A stretch of DNA of 64,000 nt from Planctomycetota bacterium (GCA_040755855.1 JBFMAD010000007.1:64001-128000); one strand, 5' to 3'; shown: positions 37,401 to 46,342, counted from the stretch's first letter. Translations and numbers: made by a program. Notes: generated from the sequence alone by a model not told the origin.

Positions 37401-38993
37401 GGGAGAAAGACCGAAGAAGCGAATCACCTGCTCATCGCCGTTGAGGTTGAACAGGTTCGGGAAGGGCCCGGCATTGTCGTCGGGATCGAAGATGATGTTT
37501 CCGTCCTCCGCGCCGAGACCGATGGATGGGCCGGACTGGTAAGTCTCGCGCAGGATGGGCACGCCGGGATCGCCCTGGAGGATCAGGGTGTTGCTGCCGC
37601 CAAAACCCTCGATGGAAACATATTGTGGCAGGACGATAAGCCCGTTGGCGCTGTCCACGACGAGCGTATCGTCATCGGTGGAGCCCAGGCAGAGGAACTG
37701 GGAGTATTGCGACATGGGGCCGGAGTGCACATAGACGGAGTTGACGTAGACCTCCAGATCGGTCCCTGTGACATCCAGGCTGACGAGGAACGTATCCGCA
37801 ATGCCGTCGTTCATCTGGCTGCCCGGGGCGGGATCGGCATTGGCGTCCACAATAAGGCGGAACAGCGACGAGAGGGAGAACACGTGCTCCATGTCCCAAT
37901 ACCTCACGGAGGGGATGAACGGTCCCGACAGATCGGCGATAGAACCGTTGTCCGGGCCGTAGAGGACGAGCTGTCCGGCAAACGAATTGTCATAGTTCAG
38001 CGTATCGTCTCCGCTGCCGTCGAAAATCTCAACAGTCGCAATATTCAGGAAATCTACCACCGTCCCGTTGACGTCTACTTGCTCCATGTCAATGGATACG
38101 GTGATCGTATCATCTCCGGCGCCGGTGTTGATCTCAAAAGTGTCCACTCCGCCGCCGCCGTCAATGACCAGCCCCAGAGGAACCGCCGCAATGCTGATTA
38201 TGTCGTTGCCCGTGTCGCCGTTGAGGGAGATGGTCGGGCCGGGCGGTGCAGAGAGGAGCGCAATGCTATCGTTGCCCTCCTGGCCGTTCACTGTGACGGT
38301 CGCCAATCCGGTTGCGGTTTCGGTGCAGTTGATCGTGATGGCGTCGCCCAGGTCTCCTCCGGCTGCGCCGTCGCCTGCGTTGATGGTGACATTGGTCTTA
38401 TTCGCGAACTCGATCGGCTCAAAGGCATCAATCGAGACGCGCAGTCGGCCATCCGCGGCCGCCGAGCCGTCATCCATCGTGATGACGTTCGCCGCGTCCG
38501 TGGCATAAATCGTCAGGCTTGCGGCAGGAACGAGGTCAACAATCGGTTCGAGACCTGTAAAGACGATGGCGGAACTGTCAAGACGGATCACGCCGTCGTT
38601 TGGGCCGGTATAGGAGTAGGACGTATTGGCGAACGCTCCCCCCCGCAGCACGAGCGCATCCCCTTCGGCCCTGACACTGTTGCCCTCGCCATTATAGGTC
38701 AGGCCGGTCAGCGGGACCGGATTCTCGCCGCCGAAGTCAACGGTAAGCGTGTCGTCGCCATCGCCGCCGTTGACGATCACTTCGTCGTTCATGCCAAAGA
38801 CAATGGCCGGCCCGCCATTAACAATGATCTGGGCCAGACCGTCAATCGGATTGCCATTATCGCTCAGGAGAAAGGCGTCGTCCCCGGCCGTGCCGTTGAT
38901 CGTCAGTGTCGCTGGGGCGACGCGCGGTTCGATCTCCTCAATTGAGAGCGTCTGGTGAATACGCCTGATGATGCATCCGATGTTACTGGCCAC
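34497..38993 (-). CDS. large acidic Ca-binding/RTX-like surface protein (adhesin/S-layer-like) with LEPR-type N-terminal motif
   Basis: GTG start after GGGAG, IEEIEPRVAPA motif, many GGxGxD repeats, Asp/Gly/Thr-rich, repeated GL(E/S)PI(V/I)D and E(P/S)IEFANKT units. Confidence 0.8.
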   Translation of the reverse strand: MASNIGCIIRRIHQTLSIEEIEPRVAPATLTINGTAGDDAFLLSDNGNPIDGLAQIIVNGGPAIVFGMNDEVIVNGGDGDDTLTVDFGGENPVPLTGLTYNGEGNSVRAEGDALVLRGGAFANTSYSYTGPNDGVIRLDSSAIVFTGLEPIVDLVPAASLTIYATDAANVITMDDGSAAADGRLRVSIDAFEPIEFANKTNVTINAGDGAAGGDLGDAITINCTETATGLATVTVNGQEGNDSIALLSAPPGPTISLNGDTGNDIISIAAVPLGLVIDGGGGVDTFEINTGAGDDTITVSIDMEQVDVNGTVVDFLNIATVEIFDGSGDDTLNYDNSFAGQLVLYGPDNGSIADLSGPFIPSVRYWDMEHVFSLSSLFRLIVDANADPAPGSQMNDGIADTFLVSLDVTGTDLEVYVNSVYVHSGPMSQYSQFLCLGSTDDDTLVVDSANGLIVLPQYVSIEGFGGSNTLILQGDPGVPILRETYQSGPSIGLGAEDGNIIFDPDDNAGPFPNLFNLNGDEQVIRFFGLSPIIDTIPAMQLDIFGTPGMDTVDVADGAGAGAGGFTTTRISHVGNLFESIEFANKTVVTFNAMDSMDEFIVNNPNPAGGLTVLDLYGNELTGGTVNPDDDQNELFLVNAMGGTVTLRLFGQGGDDHFGLGEWAGLLDNIRGPMEVVGGETGEINGDEWFLVDRDSLIDDLITFTDSSITGASSAPIAYSEIEDLFFDAANWANVTLDILSSPAGMFSFIEMTYDSYIGITTVGNTTADFGDGTGDLSAILGQVQLDFTFTGYGILQIDDTGDTAGNVGTITDVGPGVVIAGLSPTAITYADAPGPFGGDLDEFALMIGSGNDTVIVNDVTALVSTTMDVGAGDDLLRMDFTSGVPNLPMTFHGGTGSDSMELLAGTADLVAYTFANANNGEVRVSFVANTSTITFTGLEPIVDRLVATDLEFTFPDTADVITLSDDATPNDNYCEISSVASSETVTFRSPDPLGLLIVNGDDLGAGNDAIAVGPLDAQLFAQVIIDGRDGDDSILVNPSPNSPITVDGGNGVDTFTYFGPGTPPPGFPPDPNGAWTQAGFRDVTVANCEAGIPGGVVLSRQNPRHIFTDADGDRIFLIFRGLGQAAVTVLDGSDIVSVAFAGTDARTMFMVKDLDPLDTPNTMTAGTMQTAGGESLGTIRFLNRLGVVQDTGITVGGDLTFLQIVGAADTINVNVAGDLTKFMNLGGVSNTFVGPGGDMGRAIVVGPMDGSAFIVGGTLSLGRVSGAMTNSVFRAANLNYFLAGSLSDSYAIGTASVGYLFCSGDMTNSQFRSGGDAMTFHVNGTVTGGPLAGNTMEVGGNIARILVTMGVNGATVNVTGTTGMLKVIGGLAGGTTVMLGGNVSQALMLAGIGTPGVEAGSTVTLGRDLTRAILVCGEMAGVIDIVRSARKTGITIVGDLTGDLLAGVFGDVTVAGVFSGNIGDGGTGGGVDNTLRVGKTVGGLVTPINAFNRHIGYP

Positions 38994-39065
38994 TATAATT
39001 TCTCCCAGATGCCGAACTGTGCATAACATTCACGCGATCCAGATCATAGTACCAGATCACAGTAC

Positions 39066-39097
39066 AAATAAAAACCCGACATGGATGATCGGGCTTC
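39066..39097 (-). terminator. intrinsic terminator inside the 5' leader of the surface-protein gene
   Basis: Minus strand AGCCCGA-tcatccatg-TCGGGTT followed by TTTATTT, about 70 nt before the start codon. Confidence 0.65.
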
Positions 39098-39240
39098 ATG
39101 AACAAACTGAGTATACTCTCGCCTGCAATTGGTCCTGCCCCGAACCGACCAATACGAGCCGCTACTACTCCCCAGAGGGACATCACACTTCCTACGGTAG
39201 GCTCAAATAGGCTTCTCACTCCTGCACTTGACACCAGTCA

Positions 39241-39268
39241 ATTGTAGCACCCAAGGAAGCCACGTCAA
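39241..39268 (-). promoter_or_regulatory. sigma70 promoter with extended -10 driving the leader
   Basis: TTGACG (39268-39263), 16 bp, TACAAT (39246-39241), with TG one base upstream of the -10. Confidence 0.6.
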
Positions 39269-39385
39269 GGTAATTCAGAATCATCTTTCATATTACCCGT
39301 GTGCGCATATGCGGCCCATATCTATCGTGGGCGAATACCACCCTCGCGGACGTTCAAAATCTGCGGCGGCAATTTATCGCAGGTA

Positions 39386-41095
39386 TCATTTCCATGTGGG
39401 CGCGCGCCACCTGGTGGCCGCGATGTGGGTGATGTAGTCGGCGGTCACGTAATAGTAGACCGTCACAAGGGTCCCGTCTTTCAGTTGTGCGGAGTAGGGA
39501 TAGCCGAGGTCGAAGTTGTCCCCGTCGCTCCGCAGCACCTGCACCCGGTCGGTCCGCCAGGTTCGTCCGTCGTCCTCGGAGAGGACCGCCCGGATGCCGA
39601 AGGGCGGGTGGCGGTAGCCGTAGGTGAGGAGGAGCCGGCCGTCGCGCAGGCGGATCAGGCCGCTCGGAGGGTGGCCCTTGATGCCCGTCTTCACCTGTCG
39701 CCAAGTCCTGCCGCCGTCCTCCGATAATGCCTGCCACATGTGGTCGTCGCTCTTCTCGACGCGGGCCATCATCCAGACGTTGCCGTCCTGCATGACGTGC
39801 ATCGTGTTCTCCTCGGTCACGTCCACCTTGCGCTCGGGGTCCCACATGGCGCGGACGACGTCGTAGGTCTTGCCATCCTTCGTGCGAACCACGTAGCAGT
39901 CGCAGGATTCCTTCGGCGATTTCTGGACCATGAACGCCCGAATGACCGTGCCGTCGGGAAGCTGGCAGTAAGACCAGCCGGAGGAGGCCGCCGTGTAGGT
40001 ATCGAGCTCGGGGAGCTCCTTCTTGTCCCACGTCTTCCCGCCATCGGCCGACCGGGCGATGTATCCGCCAGTGATGGTGGCAATCATGTTCGGCCCGGGG
40101 CCGCAGTTGTCGTGGATGTAGTACTTCCCCTGGAATTCCTTCTTCTTCTCCCCGGGGTATCGTCTCCAGAAGTACTGCCCGATCTGGATCAGTGCGCCGT
40201 CGGGCGCCGTGAACACCTGGCCGGGCCGGAGGCCCTGCGCCGTGGGCGGAATTTTGTCAATGGGATGCCACGAGCGGCCGCCGTCGGCGCTTTCCATGCA
40301 CTGCGAGCCGCCGGTGGGGTCAATGTGCGTCTGCTTCACGCGCGTGCCGAAGGAGCTGTAGAGGGCGTCTGTCTTCGGGGCGATCAGGAGCGACGGGAAG
40401 CAGGCGTAAACGCCGTCCTTCTTGAAGACGATCACGTTCTCCGCGCCGGGGACGGTGGCGACTTTCTCCGCGGCATCCTCGTTCACCGTCCACCGCAGCC
40501 AGTCCCAGAAGGCCTCGCCGGTGGCCGCGCTGCTGCCGGCCCCATAGGCGAAACAGTTCCTGTGCCCGTGAGCGGGGAAGGCGAACTTGCCCCGCCCGTT
40601 GATGACGCGCTTCCCATCCACGGACGCGGCGATGTCCGCACCCCGGATCTCGATGCGGTAGACATGGAACCCGTCGGTCGTGTCCATGGCGTATTCGAGG
40701 CCCGCCTGTCCGAGACGGATCTTGTCCTTATGGAGGGTCAGATGGTCCTCGTGTTCGCCGTCGGCCACGAGGAGCATGACGCCGCAGTCGCCCTGACAGT
40801 CCACCACCTTGATCCGCGCCTCGACCGCCGCACCCCTGGCCGGGTCGGCGCGCCACGGCTTGGGGGGGGAGAGCAGATCGCCCGGCTGGGTCCCGGCGTC
40901 AACAAGGTGCAGGGCGCCATCGCGCAGTTCGGCGGTCATGCGGGGGTTTGCCCCTGGGGTGTACCAGGGGATTTTGACCTTGGCACCGTCGAAATCCTCC
41001 CGCGCCCACTGCTCACATCCCACGCATAGCGCAAGCACAATCCCGATCAGGCCACCGGCGGTCGCTCGGCGCAACCGTCGCCACATCGCTGCCAT
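39386..41095 (-). CDS. sialidase-like BNR protein with N-terminal lectin-like domain, probable lipoprotein
   Basis: SD AAGGAG, LCVGC lipobox, Asp-boxes SADGGRSW, SADGGKTW, SEDGGRTW, SEDDGRTW, and DLGYPYSAQLKDG. Confidence 0.85.
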   Translation of the reverse strand: MAAMWRRLRRATAGGLIGIVLALCVGCEQWAREDFDGAKVKIPWYTPGANPRMTAELRDGALHLVDAGTQPGDLLSPPKPWRADPARGAAVEARIKVVDCQGDCGVMLLVADGEHEDHLTLHKDKIRLGQAGLEYAMDTTDGFHVYRIEIRGADIAASVDGKRVINGRGKFAFPAHGHRNCFAYGAGSSAATGEAFWDWLRWTVNEDAAEKVATVPGAENVIVFKKDGVYACFPSLLIAPKTDALYSSFGTRVKQTHIDPTGGSQCMESADGGRSWHPIDKIPPTAQGLRPGQVFTAPDGALIQIGQYFWRRYPGEKKKEFQGKYYIHDNCGPGPNMIATITGGYIARSADGGKTWDKKELPELDTYTAASSGWSYCQLPDGTVIRAFMVQKSPKESCDCYVVRTKDGKTYDVVRAMWDPERKVDVTEENTMHVMQDGNVWMMARVEKSDDHMWQALSEDGGRTWRQVKTGIKGHPPSGLIRLRDGRLLLTYGYRHPPFGIRAVLSEDDGRTWRTDRVQVLRSDGDNFDLGYPYSAQLKDGTLVTVYYYVTADYITHIAATRWRAPTWK

Positions 41096-41202
41096 TCCAA
41101 ACTCCTTGTGTGCCAAATGGTAACAGACGCTTTCCCGCCTCTTCGCGCCGCGGCGTTGTCAGAATCTGAGATCTTTCACTGCATCAGGATGGCACGGTTC
41201 AG

Positions 41203-43401
41203 CTATCGAAAAACAATTACCGCCGTTCCCCACGGATCGAGCGTGTGGTCGAATCGCTTCGGGTCAATCGGCAGGTCGCCGGGCTTGCCGTGCAACTGCG
41301 CCTTCCATCCCTCCTCGACACCACGTTGCTCGACCGCAACGGTCACGGCGTCCTTCGTAAAGTTGAACAGGAGGAGCAGTCGCGCCCGGTCGCGCTCCAG
41401 CGCCGCCCAGTGCTCCGGCTTGAGGCCCCTCACGGTGAAGGCCTCGTCGCAGCGCTTGCCCTTACGGAAGATGTCCTCATGCGCCGCGATGATTTCCGCC
41501 GCCTCGCTGGTGTAGTAGAACGCCGCCCCGTCCATCGTGGGCAGATACCAGATGAGCACGCCGCAGCCGCCGCTCTCGACGAACTGCCGCAGCAGCCGAT
41601 TGCGCCACGTATATGGATTCGGCGCGGGCCGCTCGTCGTTCGTCGGGGAAAGGTAGCACATCTCGCCGCCGATGAACGGGACGCCGTTGAGCGCATCCAC
41701 CGTGGCGCGGATGGCCTCCCGCGACCCGCCGTAGCCTGCAATGCCCAGGTCCAGATGCGGGGCGAGGAGCTTCCAGTCCACGCCGTAGTGGATGAGCGTC
41801 TTGGGGCACTGGTAGCCGCTATAGACCGAGAACTCGATGGGCCGCTGCGTCCGCCGGGCGGCGGACTTGAGCGACTCTCGACACAGCCTCACCAGTTCCG
41901 CGTTCTGACGGCAGCGAAAGGCGATCCATGCGTCGCGGTATTTTTCGAGGATAGTTTTCCCGTCCAGGGCTGCGTCGGCGGGGAGATTGGCCTGCGCCCG
42001 GAAGGCCGCGAGGCACCGCGCGCAGAAGCAGAACCCCTTCTCCGGCGGTTCGAGCACCGGCTGCTCGATGTCCCAGTTCACCGCCGTGTATCCGTCGCGG
42101 TTGACCTGCTCAACCAGCGCGTCGTCCATGATGCGCCGCGCCTCCGCCCCGTCCGGCGAGAGCAGCCATTCGGGGCAGAAGAGATGTGTGCGCGGCTTGC
42201 CGTCGAACCCGACGGCGGCGACATCCTTACGCTGTTCCAGGATATCCCGCGCTTTCCCGACGACGCCGAACGGCTCGCCGGGTTTCGCCAGCCAGACGCG
42301 GTGTCCCCTCGGCCAGAGGATCGAAACGACGTTGTTCTGGACGCTCCCGTAGGTCCACGTGATGCCTGAGCGCCAGGCGTTCTCCGCGTAGCTGCGGGCC
42401 ACGTCGGGGTTGCTGAACATCATCCCATACATGCACGGGGCGATGCGCGCCTCCTTGGGGCGCACATCCTTCAGCGGCGGCAGGACGATCAGCTCCGTCG
42501 CCTCCGGGGCGCTCGGCGGGCCGCCCGCGCCGGCGACCTGCGTGAAGATCGTTCCCTTCCCCTCCGGGGCGGATTCCTCGGCGCGAAAGAGCAGGGCCGC
42601 GATGGGGCGCTCGGTTGCGGAGCCGAGGTTCTCGGTCTTCAGGTCCAACTCGGCCACATAGGTCTTGCCCGGCTCAACGGCGGTCGGCTTGCGTTCGGGG
42701 TCCATCCACAGTGCCTGCTGTTGCTCGGCCTTTTCAGGCGGGCAGACGAACTTCGCGCACAGGCCGCCGTCTTTGCCCTCCGTCTGAAGGATAGGCGACT
42801 TCCATTCCTGTTCATCAAAGGTCCCGGCGCGGAGGAGGTTCTTGTCGCCGCCGTCCTCGCGCAGGACCACGTTGTCCACCCAGAATGTCCCGCTGATGCC
42901 GCGCTGCTGCCACTTGATGAGCAGGAGCGCGAGGCGCGCTGCGCCCTGGGGCGGCGTCACCTTTGCGGTGAGTCGCCGCCAGTCGAACGTCCCGCCCGCG
43001 CGGATGGCCGCTTGGTATGAAAGCGTCGCGCCGCGGTCGTCCTGCCAGCACAGCGACAGTTCGAAGCCTGCGCCGGGGTACGTGCCGTAGGTCAGGACAT
43101 GGCGCGTGTAGCGCACGCCGTTGCGGGTCTCCCCCGGCTCGGCCTTCACTTCGTCCGGCGGGTTGCCCATTTGCTTCTCCACCGCGACGAATGAAAGACA
43201 GTCCGGGGTCTCGATGATGAGCCGATAATCGTTCGTCGCGCCCTGGGGTTTGGGAAGGTAGGGCTTCAGCAGTTGCGCCGTCCCGCGCGGCACCCAGACG
43301 GTTCGCTGCTTGGGGAAGAAGGTTGGGTCCTGGGCAAACACGGCGGACAGACCGACCCACAGCGCGATGGGGGCAATGGGCAACGCCTTAATGAGAAACA
43401 T
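41203..43401 (-). CDS. secreted protein with CBM-like insert and C-terminal glycoside-hydrolase-like barrel
   Basis: SD GGAGG, signal peptide, FCPEWL...VNWDIEQP...FCFCARCLAAF...WIAFRC. Confidence 0.7.
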   Translation of the reverse strand: MFLIKALPIAPIALWVGLSAVFAQDPTFFPKQRTVWVPRGTAQLLKPYLPKPQGATNDYRLIIETPDCLSFVAVEKQMGNPPDEVKAEPGETRNGVRYTRHVLTYGTYPGAGFELSLCWQDDRGATLSYQAAIRAGGTFDWRRLTAKVTPPQGAARLALLLIKWQQRGISGTFWVDNVVLREDGGDKNLLRAGTFDEQEWKSPILQTEGKDGGLCAKFVCPPEKAEQQQALWMDPERKPTAVEPGKTYVAELDLKTENLGSATERPIAALLFRAEESAPEGKGTIFTQVAGAGGPPSAPEATELIVLPPLKDVRPKEARIAPCMYGMMFSNPDVARSYAENAWRSGITWTYGSVQNNVVSILWPRGHRVWLAKPGEPFGVVGKARDILEQRKDVAAVGFDGKPRTHLFCPEWLLSPDGAEARRIMDDALVEQVNRDGYTAVNWDIEQPVLEPPEKGFCFCARCLAAFRAQANLPADAALDGKTILEKYRDAWIAFRCRQNAELVRLCRESLKSAARRTQRPIEFSVYSGYQCPKTLIHYGVDWKLLAPHLDLGIAGYGGSREAIRATVDALNGVPFIGGEMCYLSPTNDERPAPNPYTWRNRLLRQFVESGGCGVLIWYLPTMDGAAFYYTSEAAEIIAAHEDIFRKGKRCDEAFTVRGLKPEHWAALERDRARLLLLFNFTKDAVTVAVEQRGVEEGWKAQLHGKPGDLPIDPKRFDHTLDPWGTAVIVFR

Positions 43402-43419
43402 GCACACCTCCTTGAATTG

Positions 43420-46248
43420 TCATTGCTCCACCCACACCGGCGAGGACCATGCGATCTCTTCGTCGTCCTGGAGGACGCGGACGTAGTAGTGGCTCCGCTT
43501 CTGGCGCGGTTGGGTATCCTCGAAGACAAACTCGGCGGTGTTCCCGTCGGGCGTGATGGTGTGGACGAACTTGTTGTCCTTCGCCACCTCAACCTGCTTG
43601 ATCTTTCCGGCGGCGAGGACCTTGACCGAGATGGATACGGTCTGATCCGCAGGCACGGTGATGACCTCGCCCATCAGACTGCCATTCGCTCGTACGTCCA
43701 TGAGGATTTTTGCGGCGGTTGTGCCGTAGGTGCGGCGCCTGCGGCAGGCGTCGAGGATGGCGGCGCGGGTGAGTTCAGGAGCGAAGACGGCCGCCTTGCC
43801 ATTGCCGCCGCCGTGGTCGGGGCTGGCGATGACGCCGATGATGGTCCCCTTCGCCCATTGGTCCTGGAGGGAATATCCCTCGGTAAAGATGCTTGCCTGG
43901 CGAGGCGCGCCGAAGTACTCGTAGGAGCCGCGGTTCTGGAAGATCTCGGCCACGGGCTGATTCTTCTCCTCCACATAGTACCAGTCGGTCTTCGAGCCGC
44001 CATCAGCGAGCTGGTGCGGGATGGTGATCTGGTCCACGCCCTTTAGGATTTCCCACAGCTTGTCCGGGGGGGTATTGTCCACCGGGTCGTAGAATCGGGG
44101 GAAGTGCTCGTCGGCAAACATCACGTTCCGATGGCCGTATGTTCCTCGCTGGTCCGGCATACGCAAATTCTTGGGGGAGCCGGCCCACTCCTCGGCGAGA
44201 TACGTGATGAACCGGCCGGGGTCCTGGTTTATGCTGACAATCTTCCGGAGGTGCTGCCAGTCGTAGGGGATCATGTCCTGGCCGTGGTCGGTCAGCGCGG
44301 CGAAGTCAAGCCGGGCAATGTCGCGCACCTCGGCGAAATTTGTATCGGGTGCGCCGTCGCCCTTGGCGTTGCACTGGGAGAGTTCCGTGTGCTCGTGGAA
44401 GCCCCCCCAGTAGAGGTTCAGCTTCTCGCCCTTGTAGTCAATAGCGAAACGATCCCGATCTTCGTCGAATCGGGTCCGGTAATCCTTCACGGTGTGCGGC
44501 TGCTCTTCAGGAGCGTAAGGCTCCAACTCCAGAGGCGCGTGGGGCAGGCCGTACTTGTCGGCGTCGAACGTGCCATAGTAGACATTGCTGTGCTGGGGAC
44601 CGGTGAAGCCGCCTCGATCGGGGCGGTTCGGCCGGTCGTCGCTCTGCCACATCAGATGGAGCTTGCCGTCCAGGGCGGCCATCGGCGCGCGCCGCGCCAC
44701 GCCGTCCATGCTGCCCGACGCAAGGATCGGCTCCGACCACTTATCGCCGCTGTAGCACTGGACCCAGGTGTCGAAGTCGCCGCGCTGCCCGCGGGCCTTC
44801 TTCATGGCCACCCAGAGGCGGCCCGTCCCATCCATGGCGAGGGACGCCCGCTCGACATACGTGTGGAGCATCGCGTCCTGGAGGATTCCCTTGGGCGATA
44901 TCACCTTCTCGTCGGCGATCTTGCCCAGGCGGACGCGCTCCTGTGTCCGGCTGCTCATGTGATACCCGCCGAAAAACGAATTGTCCCAGCAGAGCCACGG
45001 CTCGCCGCGCAGGGTCGAGAGATGAGGACCTCGGTCAATGACAGGATCATCCGTCAGGCGCGCCTCGGGCTGCCACTTGCCGTCCACGTTGCGACGCATG
45101 TAGATGTCGTAGTTGCTGTCGCGGAAGCTGTCATAGGCGACGAAAACCTCGCCGGAGTCGGTAACGCAGATCGTCGGATTTTGATCGGAGGTCGGATTAT
45201 CCGTTAGCTTGACGATCTCGCTTGTCTTGCCGTCGGTCAGCGTTGCGCAGAATATATCCCGTCCGCCGCCGCGGTTGCCCTCCCAAGCGACCCAGAGGCG
45301 GCCTGTCTTGTCCACGGCGGCGACGGCCTTCACCTCGACGGATGGGTCGGTTGTCACACGGGTGATCTGCCCCGGGCCGTCGGCGCTGAGCTTAGCGGCA
45401 TAGATATCCCAGTTGTGGTCCACCTCCATCGCCCACACGAGCCATGCGCCGTCAGCCGCGCCGGCAACCTCCGGCCACAGGATGTTCCCGTCGCATTGGA
45501 CGGGCACGTCGAAGGTTTTCTGGACCTTGCCGTCGCGGATGAGACATGCCCTCAGTCGGTCGCCGGCGGCCGCGACACATGCCTTGGTCGGATCGGCGCG
45601 GTCCTCGCCCGGATTCAGGTAGGAGATCCACGCCCCCCAGAGATTCCCCGCGCGGTCGGCGGCCATCGCGGGCCAGTCGTTGAATCCGTCGTTTCTTGTG
45701 ATGTCCTGCGCGGCCTCAGCCTGTGGGATCGCAACAAGTTCGACGTCGTCAAGGAATGCCTTGCCGGGTTTCCCATACTGTCCGAAATATGACGGAATGG
45801 CAAAGCGAAGGGATTGCTTCCCGCTCTCGCGGGGGGAGAAGAGGACCTGATAGCGCTGCCATCTCCTCTGGGTGGAGCGGAGTTCGATGATCTCGATCCG
45901 GCGCGCATCGCCGTAGTGTAGATGGACGAGGCAGCGCGTCCGCTGGGGGGATTTTATCCAGAACGAGACGCGATAGACGCGCCCCGCCTCCATCTCGATC
46001 TCCTGTGCAATCGTGGCGGCTCGGTTTTTCTCTGTGGCCTCGCCCGCCACGCACTTCTTGCCGGATTTTGCCTCCTTTTCGTCTTCCACGAGTTGCACAG
46101 TCGGTCTGCCCCACCCTTTGAGTCCATCTTCGAAGCTCCCGTTCTGGATGAGGTTCACTTCTTTTTCCTGGGCCACAGAGGCAGGCCCGGGCAGCGCAAG
46201 GCCGCAGGCGAAAACCAGACCGACAAGGGCAAACACGCGAGGGAACAT
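43420..46248 (-). CDS. secreted CBM4/9-like + beta-propeller + PHP-fold (DUF3604/CehA-like) metallohydrolase
   Basis: NLIQNGSFE...FLDDVEL, repeated W-x-x-W...DIY blades, metal motifs GGFHEHT, ALTDH, GHRN, IPH, ASPDH, and AWSSPVWV end. Confidence 0.8.
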   Translation of the reverse strand: MFPRVFALVGLVFACGLALPGPASVAQEKEVNLIQNGSFEDGLKGWGRPTVQLVEDEKEAKSGKKCVAGEATEKNRAATIAQEIEMEAGRVYRVSFWIKSPQRTRCLVHLHYGDARRIEIIELRSTQRRWQRYQVLFSPRESGKQSLRFAIPSYFGQYGKPGKAFLDDVELVAIPQAEAAQDITRNDGFNDWPAMAADRAGNLWGAWISYLNPGEDRADPTKACVAAAGDRLRACLIRDGKVQKTFDVPVQCDGNILWPEVAGAADGAWLVWAMEVDHNWDIYAAKLSADGPGQITRVTTDPSVEVKAVAAVDKTGRLWVAWEGNRGGGRDIFCATLTDGKTSEIVKLTDNPTSDQNPTICVTDSGEVFVAYDSFRDSNYDIYMRRNVDGKWQPEARLTDDPVIDRGPHLSTLRGEPWLCWDNSFFGGYHMSSRTQERVRLGKIADEKVISPKGILQDAMLHTYVERASLAMDGTGRLWVAMKKARGQRGDFDTWVQCYSGDKWSEPILASGSMDGVARRAPMAALDGKLHLMWQSDDRPNRPDRGGFTGPQHSNVYYGTFDADKYGLPHAPLELEPYAPEEQPHTVKDYRTRFDEDRDRFAIDYKGEKLNLYWGGFHEHTELSQCNAKGDGAPDTNFAEVRDIARLDFAALTDHGQDMIPYDWQHLRKIVSINQDPGRFITYLAEEWAGSPKNLRMPDQRGTYGHRNVMFADEHFPRFYDPVDNTPPDKLWEILKGVDQITIPHQLADGGSKTDWYYVEEKNQPVAEIFQNRGSYEYFGAPRQASIFTEGYSLQDQWAKGTIIGVIASPDHGGGNGKAAVFAPELTRAAILDACRRRRTYGTTAAKILMDVRANGSLMGEVITVPADQTVSISVKVLAAGKIKQVEVAKDNKFVHTITPDGNTAEFVFEDTQPRQKRSHYYVRVLQDDEEIAWSSPVWVEQ

Positions 46249-46320
46249 AGCATCTACTCCTTCCTCATTGCTCAACGATGCACGTCGGATAGTTTACCGG
46301 CCGGCAATGGGAACGTAAAG

Positions 46321-46342
46321 ACAATTCGCGGATGCGAATTGT
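46321..46342. terminator. perfect 9-bp inverted repeat (terminator or operator)
   Basis: ACAATTCGC-ggat-GCGAATTGT right after the stop of the 46351 gene. Confidence 0.4.
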
